A stretch of 60,996 nt of DNA, the filler included, from Dugesia japonica (taxonomy: Eukaryota): the NCBI GenBank assembly GCA_001938525.1. It is 6 parts of 6 records of this genome, joined end to end, with 100 filler letters (N's around TTAATTAATTAA, not from the genome) between each part and the next. Parts side by side here need not be neighbours in the genome. Positions count along the whole stretch, not along the records: positions 18,015 to 29,356 come from MQRL01553240.1; positions 29,457 to 39,466 come from MQRL01591897.1; 4 more parts are not named here. One strand, given 5' to 3'. The translations under genes and the position numbers were made by a program. Positions 24,959 to 35,912 of this stretch are shown here, one piece after another. A model generated the notes under the pieces. That model did not search any database, was not told where the DNA came from, and saw nothing but the letters and a program-made list of their open reading frames with translations. Positions within the stretch are counted from its first letter, which is position 1; every line of letters begins with the position of its first letter.

Positions 24959-26047
24959 CTCAAATGCAGTCAATGGTTAAGTCCAATAATTATTCTGACA
25001 ATAATTGTAATTATAAAAGACAATCAATGACTATCGAAAAAAAATAAAGGGTAGATTAAATAGGGATGAATCAGGAGAAATTAAGAAATTAAAAATAGCT
25101 ATACTATAATAGTTGATCTTAGAATGATTGGTGTCAATAACTAAAGCAGAAAATGAAAATAATGGTTCATAATAGAGGAACCGGATATTTCGATGATCAC
25201 ATATCAATATTATTCAGTTGATATGGAAATAGTAAAANNNNNNNNNNNNNNNNNNNNNNNNNNNNNNNNNNNNNNNNNNNNNNNNNNAATTGTCAAAGAA
25301 ATTAAAAGAATTTTGTACAATTGTTTGATTACTAAAAAAATAGATGTAACCACCAAATATAAATTGCTAGTCACCTTGTGAACTACCAAAAATTATATGA
25401 CGGGGAATTCATTTATATAACACACACAATAGTCATGTTTTTATACTTTCATCCTCTGTTGCACCACGCACATTTTTGGACTCCTCTATTTGTAAGNGCA
25501 AATAATCTTTTAATTGACATTTGTTTTACTATTTTTTTTTAATTTTACAAATACCACAAATCTAAGCAATTTCACCAAAAAAAATTCCAATATTGTAGTT
25601 TGCAATGTTTTTAATGTTATTAAACAATTATTTTCTTGGTTTTCAGAGCTCTGATCTTTAAAGAAGAAATTCTCCCCGACTGATTGTGAGCATTAATAGT
25701 AGGGTAGATCCATACTTCTAAAGTTTAAATTCAATTCAAGTGAAATACATTTTTGACTACAAAAAAGCTGCCTTATTTGATCGGTTCGTTCTTTCTTGTG
25801 CTCTCGATTTAAAATATGATAAAATTTGAAAAAATTGGATAGTTTAATTTCGATATTAAACTTTGTAATTGTAAGTTTAAACATTAAAAGATATAGCTTT
25901 TTAAAAAGGATTTATTTATTTGTTTAGAAAGACTTTCTTTAAATAAGAAACTCTGTATTATTTAAAATACTTATAACTTAAAGACATATTGTTACGTTGG
26001 CTATATTAAAAAAATATGCGTAGTAATTATAATAATTACTAAAAAGG

Positions 26048-26782
26048 CCAAGACAGATTTAAAAGTCTTCATCGATTAGTTGAGAAGATTAACTAAGTAT
26101 CCTGTAGACAAGTACGGGTCGACAGGAGGGCAATGGAGAGATTTTCAAACTCAGAATTTTTCAATATATATATATATATAAAAATATAGTGCTGAAAATT
26201 CTCATAGGTTAATGAAAATAATTTAGATGAAGACACGCAATTTTGATCGAAACTTTCTCTTTATTTTAATCAAATTGCGTGTCTTCATCTAAATTATTTT
26301 CATTAACCCTTGAGAATTTTCAGCACTATATATATATATATAACGACATGTAACGACTACCCAATCAAAAGTTAGGATGAATATTATTAAAATAGTAAAG
26401 TAGATATACTTATAAAAAAATTTTATTTACAAAAAATTGAAGTGAATATGATAAAAAAAAAACTAATTATCATTTTAATGTTTTTAGAATTTATGAATAT
26501 TTGTGTCAATTTTCATAAACCGAAAGGTTATGCAGGACAAAAATTGAGATGTGAACTAGCTGGAAACTAGTTATAGAAAACGAGAAGAATTTGGATCGAA
26601 TTTTGATTTTTGCATAGGTAATTTTGGAACTGATAGATGCTGAGTGAATGAAATTCAAAAAGCTGAAAAGGCAGTTCACTCTCCTTATTACAACTATAGT
26701 TTAAATTTGTTGAAATTCTATTGGGATAATTAAAGAAACGATTTCATTTTAAAACTCTTCTTTCTTCGTGGGAGTAAAATAA
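26048..26782. repeat. Copy 2 of the ~590-bp direct repeat, carrying an insertion
   Basis: Aligns with 23048-23632 apart from about 170 extra bp at the (TA)n site and small indels. Confidence 0.95.
26185..26330. mobile_element. Hairpin insertion (arms of about 60 bp) in (TA)n, derived from the pseudo-LTR end
   Basis: 26185-26247 and 26269-26330 form a near-perfect inverted repeat. The sequence matches 24708-24790 and is absent from the paralogous site at ~23165-23180. Confidence 0.8.
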
Positions 26783-27049
26783 ATTCAGTTCTAAATAACA
26801 ACCATCCGCCATTCCCTTTCAATTCGTACGTTATATACTTGTAACCCCTTATCATAACCATGTGATTAAATTTTAAAAAATCAATTCCTGAAGATAAAGA
26901 TAGAAAAACAACTAAAATTATATTAAAAAGAAATATTTTAGTTTAATAAAATCACAATCTCAATCAATAGTTAAGTGTTATAATATATTTATATATTTAT
27001 AGTGAAAACAAACAATGTATTATGAAAATATATTTACAAATAATGAAAA

Positions 27050-28733
27050 TCAATAACGACCATAAGTGAAAATCTTTTTATAAGTTTTAAATCTCTTTAA
27101 TTTAACATCCTGATCCAAAACCAATTGAAAATCTTTAAGAATGATTCGTTTATTGCGAAACCTGGAAACAGTTGGAGGTCTCTGAGTTTTACCAGCAACG
27201 AAACTCGGATTAATATAGATCTGTGAATTTGGAACTTGATTTTGAAAACCCGAATTGATATTGTTAGGATTTACTAATCTCGCTGTTTTGATTCCTCCTG
27301 GTGCGATATTATTCGGATCTGGATCAGCGGGATCATTAATTTTCCGTTTATTTCCAATCGCTTTCAACGCAGTCATATTTGCTCTAGCGTACTCGTCCCA
27401 ATTTTTGTCACGTTCCTGCATTTTCCGAACAGTTTCTTTGATTTTCAATTGTTCCTGATTATCCATTTTCGATCGAGACTTCGCCTGTTTGAATAGTTCT
27501 GCTTTGATTTTATCATCCTCCAAATTCCGCTGATAATCATCGAGTTCTTGTAAGAATTTCATTTGTGATCGAACATCGTCGATTTTCTTATAGATTGGAT
27601 CATCTTTAAACATTTCCTGTCGATGACAAGCAAACACTGCAGCTTGTTCTAGGAGGGTGATTGAGAAATTTTCCATAGCTTCCGAAACATAATTAAGCGC
27701 TTCGTCTGATATACTCAACAATGTTCCCGATTCGGTTTTGATGATTTCATTCAATTTATTCCGATAATTAATGTGATTGAGTATATTTGTTGGTAAACTG
27801 ACATTATTTGATGATGATTCTTGTTTCAGCGGCGCTTCGGCAGCAATAGATGTAACTCCTTCGATTTTTAATTCTTCGATATTATTATTACTGTTGTTGT
27901 TGTTGTTGTTGTTTACTGGAACCGGTTTATTAGTGTTTGCAAGAGCACTTGTCGATACTGCAACTGCACGTATTTGATTGGTGGGAATTGTTTGATTTTG
28001 AATAAACGATTGTCTTATTGGAGAACTTGGTGCAATCGATCGAAGATTAGCGTTGGTTATATTTAATACTGGTTGGGATGAAAAAACTGCTGGAGGATTA
28101 GGATTAGCAGGTCTTAATTGTCTAGCGTTCGGTTGTATAGCTTGTATGTTAGTCGGTCTTATTATTTGTGATTGTGGCTGTTGTACTGGTCGGGCAATGT
28201 TATTAGTTTGGGAAAATACAGCGGGTCGTTGAGATATCAATTGAGTGGTGGGTAACCTAACATTGATTGTTCCTCCATTTGGGTTAATAATGTTACTCGT
28301 ATTGCTATTATTAATATTGATGTTCATGTTATTATTAATGATATTACTAGTGTTACTATTGTTGGCATTAATTATAGGGGGTTGATGATTTAAGTCTAAT
28401 ATGCTTTCTGGGGGAGGATTTATCCCGTCGATTCTCACACGACCGTAAAACATTTCCCTACGTAAATCATCGATATTAGAATTAAGTGAGGCCATTAAAG
28501 AATCTGGAAGGGTGGCTTTAGAAGCATTTCCTTTGAGCTGAACTCCTAACTCATCGATATTTATTTCCTTATTCTGTACGAAACGAAGATTACATTGACA
28601 TATTTAAAAAAATGTAGCAATATTACAATGTATTTTTGTATAACAGCCACACTTTCTTTATATCTACCTTGTTCTCGTTCTAATTCTAGTAGATTTTTGA
28701 AAAATTTGCATAACTTATTAGTTATGGAATTTT
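27050..28733 (-). CDS. TAF4: TFIID subunit 4; exons 28733-28627 and 28573-27050, first exon not located
   Basis: TAFH-like KLCKFFKNLLEL...|NKEINIDEL...LRREMFYGRVRIDGINPP across an in-phase 53-nt intron. Histone fold ALNYVSEAME...LLEQ; DVRSQMKFLQELD; RANMTALKAIG; RIILKDFQLVLDQD. Confidence 0.95.
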
Positions 28734-28866
28734 CTAAAAATTAAAATTAATGAAAAATATATAAAAAAANNNNNNNNNNNNNNNNNAATTTTTGTTAAAA
28801 TGTTAGATGAGAACTATAAGACTTGGTCAAATTTGGATAAAATTCAATTATAAAAATAACAAACTA

Positions 28867-28968
28867 CAGTAAAACCCCTTATAAAGTACACAAACTAAAA
28901 GTACACCTCTTTTAAAGGTACACAATTTTATATGCAAATAGGGTGTACTTTATATGGAGGTTTTATTC
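28867..28968. mobile_element. Pogo/Tigger-like MITE
   Basis: TA|CAGTAAAACCCCTTATAAAGTACAC ... GTGTACTTTATATGGAGGTTTTATTC|TA. Confidence 0.75.
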
Positions 28969-29104
28969 TAATGTAACAGCAATATTAAATTCACACAATA
29001 AGATTGATAGTGCATAACAAAAAGTTGACTGCAAGAGTGACAAACCTTCAATCTTGATAGATATCATATTAAAACGATACAAAAAATACACAATACAATA
29101 TTTA

Positions 29105-29168
29105 AAACCCCATTTTGGCGCCCCCTGATCTGGGTACACTTGCCCCCTGCCCACCTAGCTACGCCTCT
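29105..29168. mobile_element. hAT-type terminal remnant
   Basis: GC-rich end; reverse complement reads CAGAGGCGTAGCTAGGTGGGCAGGGGGC. Confidence 0.5.
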
Positions 29169-29239
29169 GGTGCGTAAGGTATTTGATTTCATGTTACTTA
29201 TGCATATTATTTCTTGAAATAATAGTAAACAGATATTCA

Positions 29240-29356
29240 ATGGCAAACAATCAAATTACTGAAGAAATGAAAAAGCATGTTGTGATTGTTGCTTTACAAG
29301 AAATCACAAGATTTTTTAAAAGTCGCCAGATCTTTTGCTTTTAATATTCGTAAAGA
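29240..29356 (+). mobile_element. Tc1/mariner transposase N-terminal HTH fragment
   Basis: MANNQITEEMKKHVVIVAL...EITRF / KVARSFAFNIRK; cut by the contig end. Confidence 0.55.
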
Positions 29357-29919
29357 NNNNNNNNNNNNNNNNNNNNNNNNNNNNNNNNNNNNNNNNNNNN
29401 TTAATTAATTAANNNNNNNNNNNNNNNNNNNNNNNNNNNNNNNNNNNNNNNNNNNNATACTCGTTCAACAGCTATTAACCGGTGTACTTAAACCTGTGTA
29501 GAGTAATAATTTTAACACATCTCTAAGTTTTTTTGTGATTACATAATATATTCAAGTAATAATTTTATTGATTTTCTATAGTGCTCACTATATAAGTTAT
29601 TTATAACCGTATAAGTTTTTCTATAATGAATATATGAAGGTTTATAGACACCAATATGTAACGATAATATATTCGAATTTTTAATTTAATGAAATCATTG
29701 TTAAACTCACACGCTTGTTGATTTGTTTTAGCAGCAATCTCTAAGACATCTCAACAAACAGATGCACGAAGGCGTAGAATAATTCAAGGAAAATTGACAG
29801 TCGAGCAAATATTTCAAGAAAGAAATAATGTTTTAAAAAGATTGCGAAATTTAAGGTTACGTTGTCGTAACTTAAAAGTTTGCAGTTAAAGTAATTATTA
29901 ACGAAAACGAAGTAGACTC

Positions 29920-30840
29920 ACATAATTGTGAACTATTACGCTTAATTAGCTAATATTGTCAAGCAAAACACAAAGCAAGACAGCGGTCTGACAAAAATTT
30001 CACCCAGTGTTGTCAAAAAAGGAAAGTTAAATTAGATTTCAACATCATTCAAAAGGTTTTCATGAGAGTATCCAATCTATTAATATTTCACTTGCATTTG
30101 CGTCAATGGGAGCCAATATTGCACATCCTTCTGGTTATGGACCTTACTGCTTCAGAATCGACGGTCAAACATATCATAGAGTAGGCACATTTCATTCAGA
30201 TAATGATGATCAAAGAAAGTTTGCACAATTATTATATTTTTGACCCTGATAAATCATGTTCACAGCGAATGACGCTGAATGACAAGTTTAATGCTGATTT
30301 GTTGGCAGAATTAAGTCGGTATATGGTTTATAATAACCCATTTGCTAAAGTATGTAAGATGTTATTTGAGGTTGAACATGAATGTATTAGGGAAGCAGAA
30401 TTAAGTAGTACTGAGCCAACAACAGTAGCAATGGCAATAGTGCAATATCATAATTTAGATCAAAGACGTTATAATGCTCCAAGAGTAAATAAAGTAGCTA
30501 TTAGTTTCCAAAATGCAGATAGCAAATATCCTCTCAAAAACGACGTGATTATTCACTGTTAAAGCATTGATCCAAATTCATGCCAAACAAAGAGAATCAG
30601 TGTTTTAGATGCTAATTTGGAACCAATGATATATCCATTACTGTTTACATTTGGACATCAAAGTTTGAGCATTGACCTTTGGCTATTCTATAATCCTTCG
30701 GCAATTCATAATATAAGAAGACCAATCTCTGCAAACCCTAAAACTCATGTAATTCAAATACAATACTATGGTTACCGATTTTCTTTACAAAATAAATTCA
30801 ATCAATTTCTTTCTGCGGGTAAATTAACGCCTTTTAGCTA
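29920..30840 (+). mobile_element. Helitron Rep-helicase N-terminal remnant
   Basis: CCQK; SLAFASMGA...GPYCFRIDGQTYHRVG; FAQLYIFD; NNPFAK; RRYNAP; EPMIYPLLF; QYYGYR...AGKL. Confidence 0.92.
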
Positions 30841-30849
30841 AGCAGCTAA

Positions 30850-31921
30850 TCAAAAATTTGCACTATTCACTGGAAACTATTATCCGTGCTGTAAACTAGA
30901 TCAATAGTAATTCTCTGGATGATAATCTCTTTTGTAAATTGCGAAAAAACAATGATGAACAACATAATCTACTTGTTCTTCATATTAGCGTTGGGGATAA
31001 AAAGGCAACTAATTAGCAAGATTTGCAGAATTTTTTGACAGTATTCTACTATTCTTTGACTCAAATGGTGACATCAACTTTTATGAAGAATTAAAAGCTG
31101 CAAAGAAATATTCGTTTTACATCGCAGTAATATTCCAAAAGTTCAATAATATCAATTTGAAACTTCAAGAATAGCTTGTGGCAATAATTGATCCCAAGAA
31201 GACCATTTTCATATTTATGCAGAGGTTGGCATTGTACCAACAGAATATACTTGTGCGAGAAATAATTCAATTTCCAATAGTAGACTCAGTGAGTAAAAAC
31301 ATCAATTCCAATAACATTGAGAAATTTGAAAAGCATCTAAAATCTTTAGAAACTGACATGTCAGCGAGCTTTTGCGATTTGATTGAGCTGCAAGTACCTG
31401 CATGAAGGATAGGCCCATTAAAGGCAACTGTTCTAGATTTTGAAGTGCAGTTCAAGAATAATTGTTGGAATTGCAAAATAATAAGGCTGCATATATTTTT
31501 TACAGTAAAGGTAGACGTGGAAAAAAAATTAACTCTCAATCCAAACTTATGGAAACAATGAAATTGCTCATATTGGCATTTTCCACATTTTACCTCATCA
31601 AGTGTGGATTCAGTGCAGTAAATAATCTCCTCAACAATCAAAGAAACAATCTGGATATTGCTAAGAGAAGTGATTTCAAACTGCTTTTTATCCCCCTGAA
31701 ACCAGACATTAAGTCTTTGGCATCCAAACACCAAGCACATGGTTTCACTGACTCTGGAATTTCCAACACTCTTTTATCAATAATATAGCATTCTGCCTTG
31801 TTAGTAAACAGTATTTGAATTTTAATTAGTTTTTTTAAATTTTAGGTGGTAAATAGACTTATTTATAGATGAAAATGTAGCAAAAGTGGACGCTAGGCTG
31901 AAAAAGGTTAAATACAACTGC
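30850..31921 (+). mobile_element. hAT Buster (ZBED5/SCAND3-like) 3' remnant with terminal sequence
   Basis: LAFSTFYLIKCGFSAVNNLL..QRNNLDI..RSDFKL...PDIKSLASKHQAH; end AAAAAGGTTAAATACAACTG. Confidence 0.85.
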
Positions 31922-32119
31922 TGTAATAAAATGATATTAATTATTTCAATATATATTATTTTATTAGGATAATATACCACCGAAAAGAATTTATAAATGA
32001 ATTAGCTCAATAAAAAATAATTAATGATTATGAAAAATTATTTATTTCCTCACAATGAACCAATTAATTTTAAATAGAAATAACAGACTTTACAATTTGA
32101 TTTTAAATAATTAATATAA

Positions 32120-32450
32120 GTAAGATATACACAATTATACTCATGTGTTATAAATATTAATAATTTCAAAATTCTCTGCAGAAATTTTAAAGATTATTGG
32201 GAAAGAATCATGTGCGAAGCATTGATGATTAGATCATATGATCAAAAAATTAATGTTCAAACTGGTGTCAATAAATCTTTATTGAATGTCTTTAATTAAT
32301 TGGAATTTTTTTGAGACTATTACATAATCAATTGCATAATTTGGAACTTAAGTATATATACTCTATTCTTCGTTTTAAACCGTTTGCCTGAAGATGACAG
32401 ATATATTGTCAAAACTTGTACTAAATAAATATTTAGTTAAATGGCGTGGT
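32120..32450 (+). mobile_element. Second Penelope-like family: GIY-YIG tail plus degenerate hammerhead
   Basis: NNFKILCRNFKDYWERIMCEALMIRSYDQKINVQTG, followed by CTGAAGA-TGACAGATATATTGTC-aAAAC-TT-GTA. Confidence 0.7.
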
Positions 32451-32456
32451 AAATTA

Positions 32457-32522
<66 letters not shown>

Positions 32523-32572
32523 NNNNNNNNNNNNNNNNNNNNNNNNNNNNNNNNNNNNNNNNNNNNNNNNNN

Positions 32573-32626
<54 letters not shown>

Positions 32627-32627
<1 letters not shown>

Positions 32628-34084
32628 GTTGGGGTTTTATCTAAGGAGGCTTGATTTTTTACGATTATGTCTAGGTTGATCGGCCTAATAAAAAACCGCC
32701 AAGAATCTTATCTGGTGTCCTCAAAAATCCAGATCTTCAGAATGAGGCCGTTGACTCGGAATTCAAGTACAGACTCACATTCCTTTGGTTTGGGTTCATA
32801 TTTCGTGATACACGCTTTAACTATTTTTCGTCAGGCATGATTTCCCACTTTCTATTTTCTTACTTTAACGATTTTAACGTTGAGGAGTCGTTTTATAGTC
32901 TGCTTTGAATCGTCTAATTTAATCTGAATTAATTATAAGTTTTCTGGTTAGTATTATTATAGAAACAAAGAAAACGAAATTTTTACCTGCAAAAATTATA
33001 TTAAAATGCCAACCTTACTGGTGGTACATTAACCTAACAATTAAAACAATCAATAGCACAAACGTTGTCTGGATACAGATTCGGAGCAAGCACTCATGGT
33101 ATTCATTTCCTCTATGGTTAATAGTGACTCGAGAGGTCCTCCCTAATGTCTAATGTTGAAATCAAGCCGGAAATCGTTGCATCATCAATCGAATCGCTTA
33201 AATAATCACCTTTTGTGTTAATTGAAAAATTTTCGTTTTATCTTCCGTATTTCCTTGATTAAAAGAGTGATTTTTGGTGAAAATCACATCGGTATTTATA
33301 CCGGTTTCTCTTCACACCCTCGTTCTTTTAATTGGTTAACCGTCATTTTGGCGTTTCTACTGGTTAATTATTTCAATTTTGTCACATGATTCCTTTTTAT
33401 TAGTTGATATTTTTAGATTACAAAACCATTGGTCAATCTTCAAACCTTTAAATCTTCTTCCACAGTCTTGCTATGATCTTTTAGCTTAGATCTTCAAAAT
33501 CTATGATTTTTTCTAGACCAGAAGTTTTGTATCTTCCAATTTTAACTCAAGCGGAAACCTTCATTTTTCTAATTTTTTTGACCAAATATTTATTTTCTGC
33601 TTCAAAATAAATCATTTTAGTTCATATGATTTATTTTATTTAAATAAATAAATTATTNNNNNNNNNNNNNNNNNNNNNNNNNNNNNNNNNNNNNNNNNNN
33701 NNNNNNNNNNNNNNNNNNNNNNNNNNNNNNNNNNNNNNNNNNNNNNNNNNNNNNNNNNNNNNNNNNNNNNNNNNNNNNNNNNNNNNNNNNNNNNNNNNNN
33801 NNNNNNNNNNNNNNNNNNNNNNNNNNNNNNNNNNNNNNNNNNNNNNNNATTCGTGATTTTCTTTATCTGGCTGATAGCTTCTATTTCTTCTTTTCTTCCT
33901 TTTGGCTATCTTATTTCTGAGTGGTTTTTTGTAAATTTAGGGTTTGCTGGTTATTACTTTGATTTTAATTACCAGCCTGGGTTTTTCTTTTATTTATTTA
34001 TTTCGTTCAATGAATTGTGACTTTCGTTTGTCTGGATTCTACCTACGGCCAGTTTTATTTTCCATACCAGGTGTTTCACACCAA

Positions 34085-34086
<2 letters not shown>
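32627..34086 (-). mobile_element. Solo LTR inside (ATT)n
   Basis: TGTTGG...CCAACA termini with TTAT on both sides. Colinear with 59253-60562, which adjoins a minus-strand gag-pol. Confidence 0.85.
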
Positions 34087-34142
<56 letters not shown>

Positions 34143-34192
34143 NNNNNNNNNNNNNNNNNNNNNNNNNNNNNNNNNNNNNNNNNNNNNNNNNN

Positions 34193-34246
<54 letters not shown>

Positions 34247-35485
34247 CATTATTATTTTTATTATTTGGGTATGGGTGGTTGATTATATTAATCATTTTTT
34301 GAACAGCTCTAGGCATTCCACACCACACCCAAATCATGATTTACCTCAATCGTCCGACCATCGGTTTTCTCTGCAGAGTCGGTGACTCCTCCAAGGGAGT
34401 GCATGCGCGCACTGATTTCATTTAGTTAATTTCATGGTAGAGCAATAGAAGCTCTAAATCAAATGTGTCCGGCGCACCCACCTCAAAATCCCTTAAAATT
34501 CAACAACGTAGATAAATTATAACATTTTATTTAAGCATTAAACAACAACCATCACTAATCGTTTATTAAATGTCGTTTATTTTGGATCTTTCTCTTAATT
34601 GTAGTTGACGTTTCCTTTGATTTCTTTTGTAGCGCGCTTTCATTTGGAAAGAATAGGATTGCACACCAATGAAGGCCTAGTTTTATTTAATTGAGTAGGG
34701 TTTTATGCGTTTGAGAACGTTTTTTCATCTATACAACAAACTGCGGTATTCTGGTGGTGATCTATCTTTGTTCATTGCTATCTACTATTTTTTCATAGGA
34801 GATCAGTCATTTGAATTATTCGGTAAGATTCGCGTTTTTCTTTTCAGAACCATCCAATTACCAGTAGTACTTTAATTCGTCTCGAGCAGCTTTATTTTTA
34901 TCCGTCGCGATCATCTTTATCATTAGCATAATTGACACCCGCGATCACCTTCATCATTTATTAAGAGCATCATTATCATTAAAATATTCATTTGGAATTG
35001 CCATTCATACATATCGTTTTGAAAAATTGTTCATTTAGTTTTTAATTCCTCATTCCGATCTTTGGTGATAATTCAGAGACCCTCAGTATTCGAAGTGCGA
35101 GACCCAGGAGGCCAAACTAAATGTAGATTTTAAAGAAAAAATATTCTTACCGAAATGCAAGATGGCCGAAAAAATGACTGAGCGGATTTTTTTTCTCGCA
35201 GAAATTGAAGCAACCAACTGAATATATTTTGAATTGCTAGCGCTAATATTTGTACACACTAGCTTTTAATATCGAGTATAACTGAATTGATATCTCTCAA
35301 GAATCGGTATGCTAAAATCTTGTATTATACACCAGAGACAGTTGTGAAGACAAAATCGAAATATCTGATGATTAAATTGGGCTTAGTGAATTTGTTTGCT
35401 ACTATTGGTGCCGTTTTCCAAATTATTTCTCTGCAGAATGAAACTAGATTGCTGGGATACGTGCTCAATATTAATTGGTGCCGTT

Positions 35486-35796
35486 AGTAGTAGGGGAAAT
35501 ACGACTTTAATGCAAGCATGTAGCTCCGAATTCGGGCAAATAAACGTTAGTACTACAACAAAGATCGTTAGTGGGTGAACAGAAATTAAGCAGTGATTAC
35601 ATAGGTAAAAGAGGAAGATCATTACCAGGGGAACAGAGTTTGATACCAGTAGAACAACGATATGAAACAAAGCCTTTGTAGCTTGAGTTGTGTCTTTGCG
35701 TTCAATTTGTATAGTAGATTTGTTAATTTAGTGTGTGGATGCTGTCACACATTATAGCGCTAATTAGTTGCGTTAAAGTCGTATTTCCCTACTACT
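35486..35796. mobile_element. 311-bp TIR element with AGTAGT termini and a 4-bp CGTT direct repeat
   Basis: CGTT|AGTAGTAGGGGAAATACGACTTTAATGCAA ... TTGCGTTAAAGTCGTATTTCCCTACTACT|CGTT. Confidence 0.85.
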
Positions 35797-35912
35797 CGTT
35801 ATATTTCTTTTCGTCTTGATTTTTTTAATTTTGAATTTTGTGGGTTAGAAAATATAATTAACCGACTTTAAAACGGGTGAAAAACGGTTCGACTAAATTA
35901 CTTATACTTAAA

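Noticed and set aside
25400-25500. piggyBac-like Cys-rich tail (KCAWC) on the minus strand
   Set aside because: No supporting transposase motifs nearby.
26878-26915. Possible hammerhead remnant CAATTCCTGAAGA...GAAA
   Set aside because: No stem II, cleavage triplet or stem I partner.
32394-34385. Poly-Ile/Tyr/Asn and poly-X ORFs
   Set aside because: They are translations of (ATT)n and N gaps.
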